A stretch of 64,000 bases of DNA from a bacterium (GCA_030647355.1 JAUSIS010000006.1:26221-90220); one strand, 5' to 3'; shown: positions 49,691-59,526, numbered from the stretch's first letter. Notes: generated by a model from the sequence alone, not told the origin. Numbers and translations are program-made.

Positions 49691-49811
49691 TGTACTATTG
49701 TAGCATAAAAACAGGCGTTTGTCAAGGGGGTAAGAGAAAAAATTATGGTATACCACGATTAAATAAGGGAGGGGAATTGATAAATAGCGTTTGGCTTGTT
49801 AAGATTTATTT

Positions 49812-50900
49812 ATGCACAAAGCAGAACTTGAACTAATGTACTTGGCGGCAATAAGCGCGTGCTCGAGATTAGACTCTATAACTATTCAAGAGTTACTGAA
49901 TTTATTTATTAGCCCCATTGATCTCTGGAAAGCGAATGAATCCGAACTACGAAGCAAGGGAGTACCCGATAAAATTGTCCAGAATCTAGTTTGGTGGAAA
50001 AAAGAGTGTGTACCGGAGTGTTTGTGGAGTAGAATTAATGAATTAGGCTTGAAGGTTATTGGCTTCAAAGATACAGATTATCCTCAATTACTTTGCGAAA
50101 TACCGGATTTGCCTATTGTGTTATATGTGAAGGGGGAGCTTGATCCGCAAGATTTATATGTGGCAGTTGTGGGTAATAGGATGATTTCTCAATATGGCAT
50201 AAGAATGACGGAGCGAATTACCCAGACTTTGGTAAATGCAAGAGTGGTGATCGTCTCTGGTTTGGCATTAGGAGTTGATGGGATTGCGCATCGAGTGGCA
50301 GTGCAAAGTAAAGCAAAGACAGTTGCCGTATTGGCAAATGGTTTGGATCAGGTTTATCCGCCATCGCATAGCAATTTGGCTAAGCAGATCCTTGAAAACG
50401 GGGGCGCTTTAGTTAGTGAATATTCTCCCGGGACATTGCCACTGAAGCATCATTTTCTAGAGAGAAACCGGATAATTGCGGGTTTTTCTATGGGTACATT
50501 GATTGTTGAGGCGGGAAAGATATCGGGGGCTTTAAGAACTGCCGGATGTGCTTTGGAATATGGGCGATCGGTTTATGCTGTACCGGGCGATGCGGAGAGA
50601 CCACAGGCGGCGGGGGTGAATAATTTAATTAAGCAGGGTGCGATTCCAGTTACAACGGGAGAAGATATATTGGGCGATCTTAATATTCAAACCGAAGTTA
50701 AAGAGAGGAAGGATTCTGTAAAATTAACTGATCATGAGAAACTGGTTTTAGATGCGCTTAGTAGTGAGCCAGTGCATATCGATCTGTTAGCTCGCGAGAT
50801 TAAATTAGAAATTTCGGTCTTGAGCGTTATATTAATCGGGCTTGAAATGAGGGATCTGGCTAAGAATGTAGGTGGTATGAATTATATAAAAATTGAATGA
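49812..50900 (+). CDS. dprA: DNA-processing protein DprA
   Basis: VSGLALGVDGIAH, LVSEY, HFLERNRII, SGALRTA. Confidence 0.94.
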   Translation: MHKAELELMYLAAISACSRLDSITIQELLNLFISPIDLWKANESELRSKGVPDKIVQNLVWWKKECVPECLWSRINELGLKVIGFKDTDYPQLLCEIPDLPIVLYVKGELDPQDLYVAVVGNRMISQYGIRMTERITQTLVNARVVIVSGLALGVDGIAHRVAVQSKAKTVAVLANGLDQVYPPSHSNLAKQILENGGALVSEYSPGTLPLKHHFLERNRIIAGFSMGTLIVEAGKISGALRTAGCALEYGRSVYAVPGDAERPQAAGVNNLIKQGAIPVTTGEDILGDLNIQTEVKERKDSVKLTDHEKLVLDALSSEPVHIDLLAREIKLEISVLSVILIGLEMRDLAKNVGGMNYIKIE

Positions 50901-50962
50901 ATTTCTAGGGCATTGATTTGTAAGTTTGGATGTTATAACATATAGTAATGTTTAGGAGGAAA

Positions 50963-53248
50963 ATGTCTAAATCCTTGGTTATAGTCGAAAGTCCGGCTAA
51001 AGCAAAGACAATTGAGAAATACTTAGGGAGCGGCTATAAAGTGCTGGCTTCTTTTGGTCATGTCAGGGATCTGCCTAAGAGTAAGTTGGGTGTTGATGTT
51101 AAGAAGAATTTTGAGCCAACATATATTGTGCCAACTAAAGCCAAGAAGGTATTGGCGAGTTTGAAAAGCGAGGCGGAAAAATCGGAAAAAATTTATCTGG
51201 CAACAGACTTTGACCGGGAAGGCGAAGCGATTGCTTGGCATATAATGCAAGCCACCGGCTCGCAAACTCAAAGCTCAATCCGCCAGCTGGCGGACAAAAC
51301 TCAAAAATATGGGAGGGTAACTTTCCATGAGATTACAAAGGAGGCAATTGTGCAAGCGTTTGAGCACCCACGCGAGATTGATATGGATTTAGTGGACGCT
51401 CAACAAGCCCGCAGAGTGCTTGATCGGCTCGTTGGCTATAAATTGAGCCCATTTCTTTGGAGAAAGGTGTATACGGGGCTCTCTGCGGGCAGAGTGCAGT
51501 CTGTAGCAGTGCGTTTGGTGGTAGATAGGGAGAGGGAAATAGAAGCTTTTAAGGTGCGGGAGTATTGGACTATTGAAGCGATTTTTTCCAAGAAACCGGA
51601 CAAGATTAAATTTGGCGCAACTTTAACTAAAATAGACGACAAACCTTTCAAGGAGGTGGATCAGAAGAAATTGGCGGAAGATCTGGTTAAGGATATTGAA
51701 GGGGGCAAATATAGCATTCTAGATATACAGAAAGCTGCTAAGACGAGAAGCCCAGCGCCGCCGTTTTCTACTTCAACATTACAACAGGAAGCAAATAGAA
51801 AGTTGCGTTTTTCAGCTAAGCAAACCATGACTTTAGCCCAGCATCTGTATGAGGGTGTAGACCTTGGAAGCGAGGGGTCTGCCGGATTGATTACGTATAT
51901 GAGAACGGATTCATATAATCTAGCCGAGAGCGCAATTCGTGAAGCTCGTCAGGTAATAGGTAAGGAGTTTGGTAAGGAATATGTGCCGCAGTCATCCAGA
52001 TTATATAAAACAAAAGCAAAGGGTGCTCAAGAAGCACATGAGGCGATTAGGCCTACTTTATTTAGCAGGACTCCGGACAGTGTGAGGAAATTTTTAGATA
52101 GTAGTCATTACAAACTTTATAAATTAATTTGGGAACGGGCGATTGCGTCCCAGATGGCAGATGCCCAAGTTGAAGAGACGGTAGCACAGATTGAGTCAAA
52201 AGGGGCTAGTAAGGTGTATGTCTTTACAGCCAAAGGAGCTATTGTCACTTTTGCCGGATTTTTAAAGGTGCATGAGGAAGGCAGGGATGAGATAGAAGAG
52301 GATGGCCTGTCTTTACTGCCTGATTTGGAGGTAGGAGAATCAGTGCATTTGGAAAATGTCGATGGAAGACAGCATTTTACTCAGCCACCGGGGCGATATA
52401 CGGAAGCTACTTTGGTGAAAGAGTTGGAGAAGAGGGGAATCGGCAGACCGTCAACTTATGCGCCTATTATGAGTACTATTGTTGATCGAGGTTATGTCCA
52501 AAAGTTAGAGGGCAGGTTTCATCCGCAGGATGTGGGACTTGTGGTTACAGATTTACTGACCGAGCATTTCCCGGCTATTGTTGACTATCAGTTTACCGCT
52601 AAAATGGAGGAAGAACTTGATGATATTGCAGAGGGTAAGCTGAAATGGCAGCCGGTGGTCAAAGAATTTTATGAACCATTGGCAAAAACTCTTGATGAAA
52701 AAATGGAGACAGTTGAGAAAAAGGATATAACCGAGGAAAAGACTGATGAAAAATGTCCTGAATGTAAGAAGGATTTGGTTATAAAACTTGGGCGTTTTGG
52801 GAAGTTTTATGCCTGTTCAGGTTACCCAGAATGTGAATATACACGGCCATATCTGGAGAACGAAGAGGGCGAAGCAATGTCGGCAAAAGAGGTTAAGGAG
52901 CTGACTGATGAAAAATGTCCAAAATGCGGGGCTCAGTTAGCGGTAAAACAGGGGAGATTTGGCAAGTTTTTAGGATGCAGTGAATATCCCAAGTGTCACT
53001 TTACTAAACAGATTGGAGCAGGGGAGCCAGTTAAATGTACAGAATGCGCCGGAGAGATAGTTATGAAGCGCACCAGGAGAGGGAAGCCATTTTGGGGGTG
53101 CTCAAACTATCCAAAATGCACACTAGCCTTCTGGAACGAACCTGTTGATAAAAGATGTCCAAAATGCAAGGCGATTATGGTAAAATCCGGGAAGGATAAG
53201 GTTAAATGCAGTAAGTGCGAGTATGAAGAGACTGCAAATAGCAGTTAG
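50963..53248 (+). CDS. topA: DNA topoisomerase I
   Basis: VIVESPAKAKTI, DFDREGE, SAGRVQS, ITYMRTD, C-terminal zinc ribbons. Confidence 0.98.
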   Translation: MSKSLVIVESPAKAKTIEKYLGSGYKVLASFGHVRDLPKSKLGVDVKKNFEPTYIVPTKAKKVLASLKSEAEKSEKIYLATDFDREGEAIAWHIMQATGSQTQSSIRQLADKTQKYGRVTFHEITKEAIVQAFEHPREIDMDLVDAQQARRVLDRLVGYKLSPFLWRKVYTGLSAGRVQSVAVRLVVDREREIEAFKVREYWTIEAIFSKKPDKIKFGATLTKIDDKPFKEVDQKKLAEDLVKDIEGGKYSILDIQKAAKTRSPAPPFSTSTLQQEANRKLRFSAKQTMTLAQHLYEGVDLGSEGSAGLITYMRTDSYNLAESAIREARQVIGKEFGKEYVPQSSRLYKTKAKGAQEAHEAIRPTLFSRTPDSVRKFLDSSHYKLYKLIWERAIASQMADAQVEETVAQIESKGASKVYVFTAKGAIVTFAGFLKVHEEGRDEIEEDGLSLLPDLEVGESVHLENVDGRQHFTQPPGRYTEATLVKELEKRGIGRPSTYAPIMSTIVDRGYVQKLEGRFHPQDVGLVVTDLLTEHFPAIVDYQFTAKMEEELDDIAEGKLKWQPVVKEFYEPLAKTLDEKMETVEKKDITEEKTDEKCPECKKDLVIKLGRFGKFYACSGYPECEYTRPYLENEEGEAMSAKEVKELTDEKCPKCGAQLAVKQGRFGKFLGCSEYPKCHFTKQIGAGEPVKCTECAGEIVMKRTRRGKPFWGCSNYPKCTLAFWNEPVDKRCPKCKAIMVKSGKDKVKCSKCEYEETANSS

Positions 53249-53253
53249 ATACC

Positions 53254-53366
53254 CTTCTTTTAAGGCACGTGTTCGTCCGCTCCAGCGGCGGACGCCACTC
53301 TCTCTCGACTAGTGACCCGCATCTGCGGGACCAAGCTCACTGCGTCTGCGAGAGGTCTTAAAGAAG
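53254..53366. repeat. Structured motif family B, copy 1
   Basis: CACGYGTTC-stem-CCAGCG-stem-GCCRCTC...ACCAAGC...CGANAGG; other copies at 54516, 60624, 62865. Confidence 0.82.
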
Positions 53367-53410
53367 AATATCTAACTGCTAATAAGGTGAAAAAAGAAGG
53401 AAGAGAAAAG

Positions 53411-54046
53411 ATGGCGGGGAGTATTCCTAAATCAGTACGAGATTTAATTGAAGAATTTGGTAAGCTGCCTGGGATAGGTCCAAAAACAGCTAGCCGGCTA
53501 ACTTTCTATTTATTAACAAAACCTGAGGAGGACGTGGAACGGTTGGCGAAATCGGTTGACGGTCTTAAGAAGAATCTGATTATTTGCTCTGAATGTTATA
53601 ATATCGCCGAAAGTGATCCATGCTCTATTTGTGGCGATCAAGCAAGAGAGAAAGAAAAGGTATGCGTAGTAGAGGAACCCTTGGATGTAGTGGCGATAGA
53701 GAAAACGGGGTTTGATGGCAGATATCATGTTTTGGGCGGGGTGATCTCTCCGATAAACGGAATTGGTCCGGAGAACCTTCGAATGGCAGAATTATTCAAT
53801 CGTATAAAAGGCAAGGGTGTGAAAGAGGTTATTTTGGCGACCGATCCTTCCTTAGAAGGTGAGGCCACCGCTATGTATATAAGCAACTATGTTGCTAAAT
53901 TCAAATCTCAATCCGCCAGCTGGCGGACAAATCTCAAAAATTTAAAAGTTACTAGAATTGCCCGCGGTTTACCTGTGGGAGGGGATTTGGAATATGCAGA
54001 TGAAATGACTTTGACGAGGGCATTGGAGGGAAGGAAAGAGTACTGA
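53411..54046 (+). CDS. recR: Recombination protein RecR
   Basis: LPGIGPKTASRL, C4 zinc finger, YHVLGG, GDLEYADEMTL. Confidence 0.96.
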   Translation: MAGSIPKSVRDLIEEFGKLPGIGPKTASRLTFYLLTKPEEDVERLAKSVDGLKKNLIICSECYNIAESDPCSICGDQAREKEKVCVVEEPLDVVAIEKTGFDGRYHVLGGVISPINGIGPENLRMAELFNRIKGKGVKEVILATDPSLEGEATAMYISNYVAKFKSQSASWRTNLKNLKVTRIARGLPVGGDLEYADEMTLTRALEGRKEY

Positions 54047-54048
54047 TT

Positions 54049-54147
54049 ATGGGGGGAACATTTATTCGGAGAGCGTTTCGCTTCCCGATACAGTTGTGTC
54101 GGGAGCACTGCACTTCGCTTAACTCTCCTCATAAAAATTCCCCTCGT
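54049..54147. repeat. Structured motif family A, copy 2
   Basis: ttcg-gagag-cgtt...tgcact-tcg-cttaa-ctctc. Confidence 0.8.
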
Positions 54148-54298
54148 TATACTGGAGGTGAAAGTCGGTCTGCGAAAGATAACTTACTTTTAATCAGAGA
54201 TAAGAGTTGTGAACCAGGGTAATTAAGTAGAAGAGGATTGACATATTTTGAGATAATAAGAGATAATCTGTATAATAGAAAAAATATGGAGGAGAATA

Positions 54299-54508
54299 AT
54301 GAATGAGATTCCAGTATTTTATTGTCTAGAGTGTGGATATGTTGGAAATGCTCCGGGAATATGTCCTCAATGCAGTGCGACATTAGTAGCTGATGATATG
54401 AATTTGCCCAATGAAAAAGAAGAGGATGGCAAGTATGATGAGGCTGTATTAGAAGATGAGGAAGAGGATGATGAGTTGCCGGAAGATAAGTTTGAGGATG
54501 AAGAGTAG
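54299..54508 (+). CDS. Small zinc-ribbon protein with acidic tail
   Basis: CLECG...CPQC; GGAGG RBS. Confidence 0.65.
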   Translation: MNEIPVFYCLECGYVGNAPGICPQCSATLVADDMNLPNEKEEDGKYDEAVLEDEEEDDELPEDKFEDEE

Positions 54509-54515
54509 GTTAGGT

Positions 54516-54638
54516 AGGCTGTTTGTCATCATGACACGCGTTCATCCGTTCCAGCGACGGGATGCCGCTCTATCTCGGCAGTTGACCCTTCGGAACCAAG
54601 CTCAACTGCCTCCGATAGGTCACTATGACAAACAGCCT
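54516..54638. repeat. Structured motif family B, copy 2
   Basis: Closed by aggctgtttgtcat/atgacaaacagcct. Confidence 0.82.
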
Positions 54639-54717
54639 TCCCAAAGATGGAGAAGTAGCATTTTGGTCTGCGAGAGACTTTTTAGTCTGACAAGTCATTT
54701 CTTAGAGAGAAGAGGCA

Positions 54718-56079
54718 ATGAAACAAATATATTTGTATAATACACTGACCCGCAAGAAGGAAGGGTTTAAGGCTATTTGCGATATGAAAGTTAAGCTCTA
54801 TGCCTGTGGTTTGACGGTGTACAGCGAGGCACATATTGGTAATTTGAGAGCCTATATTTTTGACGATCTCCTGCGTAGAGTACTTGAGTCGGACGGCTAT
54901 GAGGTTAAGCATGCAATGAATGTGACCGATGTAGGGCATTTAGTCGGCGATGGTGACGAGGGTGAGGATAAGCTGGAGCTTGGGGCAAGGCGAGAGAAAA
55001 CCGATCCCTTGGCGTTGGCTCGAAAATACGAAGAGAAGTTTTTTGAGGATCTAAGGAATCTGAATGTTGAGTTGCCCCATAAAGTTGTTCGTGCTACAGA
55101 AGCAATTAAGGAACAGATTGAACTCATAAAGTTACTAGAGGAGAAAGGTTATACATATAAAGATGAGTTTGCGATTTATTTTGATACTTCCAAGCTGTTG
55201 GATTATGGCAAATTAACTGGCCAGAAGTTAGAGGAAAAAAAGGTAGGGGCGAGGGAAGAGGTGGTGGTAGATTCGGGTAAAAAGAATCCTCAAGACTTTG
55301 CTCTTTGGTTCTTTTTGGCTGGAAAATATGAAGATCACATTTTACATTGGCCATCCCCTTGGGGAGAGGGTTTCCCAGGTTGGCATATCGAATGTTCAGC
55401 GATTTCGCGGGCGACATTGGGTCAGCCATTTGATATTCATTTAGGTGGCGTTGATCATATTGGTACTCATCATACAAATGAAATTGCGCAGAGCGAAGCG
55501 GCTTACGGTTTGCCACTGGCGCATTTCTGGTTGCACAATGAGTATCTAATGGTGGATGGGCAGAAGATGTCTAAAAGCTTAGGTAATGTTTACACTCTAG
55601 CTGATTTGAAAAAGAAGGGATTTGATCCTGTGGATTTCCGGTACTTTATTTTGGGTGGTCATTATCGTTCGAAATTGAATTTTACATGGCAGGCGCTGGA
55701 AGGAGCGAGGGCGACACTAAGGAAGATACGGGCATTGGAAGATATTCCTTCAGCACTTGAAAATTCGGGAAAAGAGGATATTAAAGCTAAGGTGCGGGCG
55801 GCTTTATTTGATGATTTAGATACTCCACGAGCTTTAGCGATACTTCATGAAGCGAATGATTTTTCGTTATGGAAGGACTTTGAGAATGTCTTGGCTTTAG
55901 ATATTGAAGCAGTTGAGACAAGAGAGATTCCGTCTGAGGTGCGAGATCTAGCCAAGAGGCGAGAAGAAGCGAGGGGAAAAAAAGACTGGCAATCGGCTGA
56001 TCAGATAAGAGGTGAGATAGAAAAGCTTGGTTATGGTGTGGAAGATACTGGGGAGGGAATTAAGCTTAGGCGTAAATAA
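54718..56079 (+). CDS. cysS: Cysteine--tRNA ligase
   Basis: CGLTVY...HIGN, GFPGWHIECS, HHTNE, KMSKS. Confidence 0.97.
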   Translation: MKQIYLYNTLTRKKEGFKAICDMKVKLYACGLTVYSEAHIGNLRAYIFDDLLRRVLESDGYEVKHAMNVTDVGHLVGDGDEGEDKLELGARREKTDPLALARKYEEKFFEDLRNLNVELPHKVVRATEAIKEQIELIKLLEEKGYTYKDEFAIYFDTSKLLDYGKLTGQKLEEKKVGAREEVVVDSGKKNPQDFALWFFLAGKYEDHILHWPSPWGEGFPGWHIECSAISRATLGQPFDIHLGGVDHIGTHHTNEIAQSEAAYGLPLAHFWLHNEYLMVDGQKMSKSLGNVYTLADLKKKGFDPVDFRYFILGGHYRSKLNFTWQALEGARATLRKIRALEDIPSALENSGKEDIKAKVRAALFDDLDTPRALAILHEANDFSLWKDFENVLALDIEAVETREIPSEVRDLAKRREEARGKKDWQSADQIRGEIEKLGYGVEDTGEGIKLRRK

Positions 56080-56094
56080 TTGGGGCAATCTATC

Positions 56095-56123
56095 TTGACA
56101 TTTGGACAGTAGTGTGCTATACT
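56095..56123 (+). promoter_or_regulatory. Sigma70-type promoter upstream of a long structured leader
   Basis: TTGACA-N17-TATACT with extended TG. Confidence 0.75.
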
Positions 56124-56497
56124 AGCGCATAACAAAGGAAAAAAAGGAGGGCTCGTAAAGAGTCTTTCTTTGTTAGTACTTTGAGAAGGTTCAACTTAGA
56201 TGGAGTTTGTAAATACTAAGTTGGGATGTGTGTTAAAAATTTGGTGGTTGAAGTCTTGGCTGGGAATTGTGGGGCCTGATTCGTTAAATATTATGAATCA
56301 ATTTTACCTTCCTTTGCCTTTCGGGGTACTGCTCTGATGTAAATCGGGGTAGGTCCTGGTCAAGACCTTGCTCACCAAATAGTTATGTCCCGGTGGCAAG
56401 TTACATATGTATAATCACCGTAAGGTGTTTAGATATACGATCTTTGAGAAGAAAATAAAACAACGTGGCCAGAGGTGGCCAAAGGAGGATGGAATCC

Positions 56498-57595
56498 ATG
56501 AGAATGCTGAATGCTGTTTTGATTGTGCTGGTAGTGATGCCGATGCTGGCTAGTGTCAGTGTGGCACATACGACTTTGTTTCCACACACGCATAAGATCG
56601 CGGTGCTGGACGGTACGCTGGAGATTGGTATGTATCGCAACCGCGATACTGGCAATCCTAGGAACTTCATAGGCTATGTTCCGTTTGCAATAGTGAACGG
56701 ACAGCCTGTATCTGAAGGTGATGTGCCGGCCAAAGTCTGGCTTGAGATCACGTGGCGGGCATTGACCCCTCCTAGCAAGAAGGATTGCGATAAGGGGAGG
56801 AAGATGCAGATTCGCATTTCGAGTGATTCGGACTGCGATGAGCCTCGCCGACATGGACAGCCCGACGGAGTAGAGCTTTTCCGATCGTCGGATAACGCCC
56901 TGGAGCTCAGAGGCTTTCATTATATAGCAAAGTCTGAGTCTACGGGCGTGTGGTTCGACTTACTCGGAAAGAAAGACGAGATAGGCAATTCAAAGCTCGT
57001 CACTCTGAGAGTAACTCCTGTTTCCGTGAATGAGTGGATTGAAAACCCGGGTGGCGACTGCATGTCGCAGCTCGGCGGAACTCCACAAAGACAGGAATCT
57101 CAACCACAATCTGTCCCCGATTGGCGCGGTAAGACAGATCGTCAGCAGTATGACGATCGCGACTATGACAAGCGTAATGACAGTGACCAGGAAGATCGCG
57201 ATTGGGACACTCGACGAGATCAAGATCGGGATGATCGTGACTGGGACACTCGCGATAAGCGCGACCAGGATGATTATCGTGACAGTGAATCGCAAAACTG
57301 GAAGCCTCTCGAGGTTAACCATAAAGTCAAGGGTAAAGCCCTTGAAGTTAGGTTGGTTGACCGTAAGGGTGGAAAGTTCTGCGGTACCGGAACGATCATG
57401 ATTTCGGCCGGAGACGTTACGGTGGAGAGATCTGTCCGTGATGGGCGTTACCTGAGTGATGGTCGCTGGTGTGACTTTGATGGATCGTTTACGATCCCAA
57501 ATCGCACTGGGAGATACCGACAATTCAGAGTTGTAGCCGTTGGTTTCGAGAGATTCGAGATTGATGGCGACTGCGTGAAAGTCTGTGGAAAGTAG
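56498..57595 (+). CDS. Hypothetical secreted protein with D/R-rich repeat linker
   Basis: Signal peptide; DRDWDTR repeated; AAGGAGG RBS. Confidence 0.7.
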   Translation: MRMLNAVLIVLVVMPMLASVSVAHTTLFPHTHKIAVLDGTLEIGMYRNRDTGNPRNFIGYVPFAIVNGQPVSEGDVPAKVWLEITWRALTPPSKKDCDKGRKMQIRISSDSDCDEPRRHGQPDGVELFRSSDNALELRGFHYIAKSESTGVWFDLLGKKDEIGNSKLVTLRVTPVSVNEWIENPGGDCMSQLGGTPQRQESQPQSVPDWRGKTDRQQYDDRDYDKRNDSDQEDRDWDTRRDQDRDDRDWDTRDKRDQDDYRDSESQNWKPLEVNHKVKGKALEVRLVDRKGGKFCGTGTIMISAGDVTVERSVRDGRYLSDGRWCDFDGSFTIPNRTGRYRQFRVVAVGFERFEIDGDCVKVCGK

Positions 57596-57607
57596 GAGGT
57601 GTCCGAA

Positions 57608-58513
57608 ATGAAGCAAGTAATGGTAGTAACACTGTTGGTACTTCTCGCCCTATCCGGGCTTGCCTGGGCAGGAGCGGAGATTGGCGATTTCGATACCGGA
57701 TCCTCTTACCAGGATAACGGGGATCGTGATCGTGATCGTAATGATGATAGCTACAAGCTGGAAGACCGGACGGACTCTGGCTCGAAAGAGACTGACCGTA
57801 AGACAGAGTTCCAGAGGTTCAACTTCAAGTCCGTCTATTACGTAGATCCTGCGGCAATCGTTGCTCAAGGCAAGCTTGAAGAGCTGCGAGGTAAGAATAT
57901 CATGTGTCTTTCTCTTCGAAGGAGTACGATGGCTGGTGGCCATGCGAATGACCTTCAGGTCGACTTCTTCTGGGGGGATTTCCCGGACAGGGTCTATGAG
58001 AAGAACGGCAGAATCTTCTACGACTGGTGCGACAACCAGTTGGTTGCAGTCGCATTGGAGCAGGACATAAATATATCGGTGAAGTCTGAATTCATCACTT
58101 ATGTCCAGAAGATATGCGAGAAGTACATTGAGAGTCGCGGTTACAGCTTGCCAAGCTATCCTAAGGAGGAATACGCTCTGAAAGTTAAGAAGCCGCATTA
58201 CTTCCGAAGGCCCGGCGGCGGACAACCGGCTAGCCTGGACTACTATGCTGAACGGCATCAAGGGATCGTGCAAATCCTTCTTGGCGCCGTCTGGAACATC
58301 GGCGGTGGGACGCGTATAAACAATGATGTGAAGGGCGGACAAGGCGGCCAAGGTGGCGAAGGCGGTGAAGGCGGGAATGGCTATGGGGCTGCAGCGGCAG
58401 CCGCCTCGTCATCTGCCGCTGTCGGAGGAGCTGCTGTGACGCCGACGAGTGCTACCAGTTTCCATGGGGAAACGTCGGGTGCCACAGGCTCGGCTGCCGA
58501 CGGCGGCCAATAA
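57608..58513 (+). CDS. Hypothetical secreted protein with Gly/Ala-rich C-terminus
   Basis: Signal peptide (AWA); GGQGGQGGEGGEGG; AGGAGG RBS. Confidence 0.7.
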   Translation: MKQVMVVTLLVLLALSGLAWAGAEIGDFDTGSSYQDNGDRDRDRNDDSYKLEDRTDSGSKETDRKTEFQRFNFKSVYYVDPAAIVAQGKLEELRGKNIMCLSLRRSTMAGGHANDLQVDFFWGDFPDRVYEKNGRIFYDWCDNQLVAVALEQDINISVKSEFITYVQKICEKYIESRGYSLPSYPKEEYALKVKKPHYFRRPGGGQPASLDYYAERHQGIVQILLGAVWNIGGGTRINNDVKGGQGGQGGEGGEGGNGYGAAAAAASSSAAVGGAAVTPTSATSFHGETSGATGSAADGGQ

Positions 58514-58542
58514 CAACAACTAGCCCAGCTTCGGCTGAGGCG

Positions 58543-58577
58543 GTGAAGGGGAGGAGGTCTTAATTCCTCCCCTTCAC
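58543..58577 (+). terminator. Strong hairpin after secreted-protein pair
   Basis: gtgaaggggagga-N-tcctccccttcac. Confidence 0.6.
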
Positions 58578-58847
58578 ACTGACTTTCTTGAAGATGAATT
58601 TGGTTAATTCTATATAGGATTAACGAAATGCATCTTTTAGAATCATCTAGGAGATGAGAGTGGGTCTATCGTCAAATACCATTTTGGCTGCAAATTGACA
58701 TTACGGTCTGCAAATTCACAAAAGCTCCTTAGCTTATCTACTATTGATAAACTTCGTCCCTTTTGCAAATTTTCGACTGCGTACTGAACAATTTTCGCTT
58801 CAAAAGCGTATTTGACGATAGACCCAAGTAATATAACTGGAGGTTAT

Positions 58848-59483
58848 ATGACCAAACTACATTATGGGGGGATTGCCCTAGGTCTGGTGCTAGCTTTGTC
58901 CGTGGCAAACGTGGCATTAGCGAGCACGTCTTCGACCAGCTCTACTTCTGCATCAGGTGGGTCGAGCGCAGTAGTGGTCTCCGGCAATAGTGCCGGTGCG
59001 ACCTCGGAGCATAGTGAAACTTCTGGTACAAGCGGTACCAGCGGAAGCGGTACTTCAACTACCACTTCCAACACTCCTCCCAGCCAGCCTAGTTCGGGTG
59101 GAACAAGTTCAACTTCTTCTACCAGTGCATCTGGCGGATCGAGTGCTGCGGTAGTATCTGGTAATGGTGCTGCTGCTACGTCAGAACATTCCGAGACTTC
59201 TGGATCAAGCGGATCCAGTTCAGGTAGTTCTTCGAGTTCTACTCCTAGCTCTACCTCGAGTACTTCGTCTTCGGGTGGTTCTAGCGCAGCTGTCGCTACT
59301 TCTACTCCTAAAACTACGCCCACAAAAACCGTAGTTACAACTACCGAAACGGCTTCTGGAACATTGCCTCAAGCCGGTGCTTCAGTAGCATTCCCTGCAT
59401 TACTCGCTGTTCTAAGCGGTGCGGCAGGTATCTATTGGAAGCAAAAAGGAGCTGGTGGATTTATCCTAAATCCTAAGTTCTAA
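58848..59483 (+). CDS. Ser/Thr/Gly-rich surface protein with LPxTG-like sorting signal
   Basis: Signal peptide (ALA), duplicated 38-aa repeat, LPQAG plus TM plus KQK. Confidence 0.78.
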   Translation: MTKLHYGGIALGLVLALSVANVALASTSSTSSTSASGGSSAVVVSGNSAGATSEHSETSGTSGTSGSGTSTTTSNTPPSQPSSGGTSSTSSTSASGGSSAAVVSGNGAAATSEHSETSGSSGSSSGSSSSSTPSSTSSTSSSGGSSAAVATSTPKTTPTKTVVTTTETASGTLPQAGASVAFPALLAVLSGAAGIYWKQKGAGGFILNPKF

Positions 59484-59494
59484 GAGGAATAGTA

Positions 59495-59526
59495 AAGAAA
59501 AAACACCCAATTGGGTGTTTTTTCTT
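59495..59526. terminator. Intrinsic terminator
   Basis: aagaaaaaacaccc-aatt-gggtgttttttctt. Confidence 0.8.

Noticed and set aside
53312-53410. N-terminal extension of RecR; likewise 33152-33172, 34089-34148, 40297-40479 and 42190-42303
   Set aside because: These come from upstream alternative start codons in repeats or overlapping genes; downstream starts fit the protein families better.
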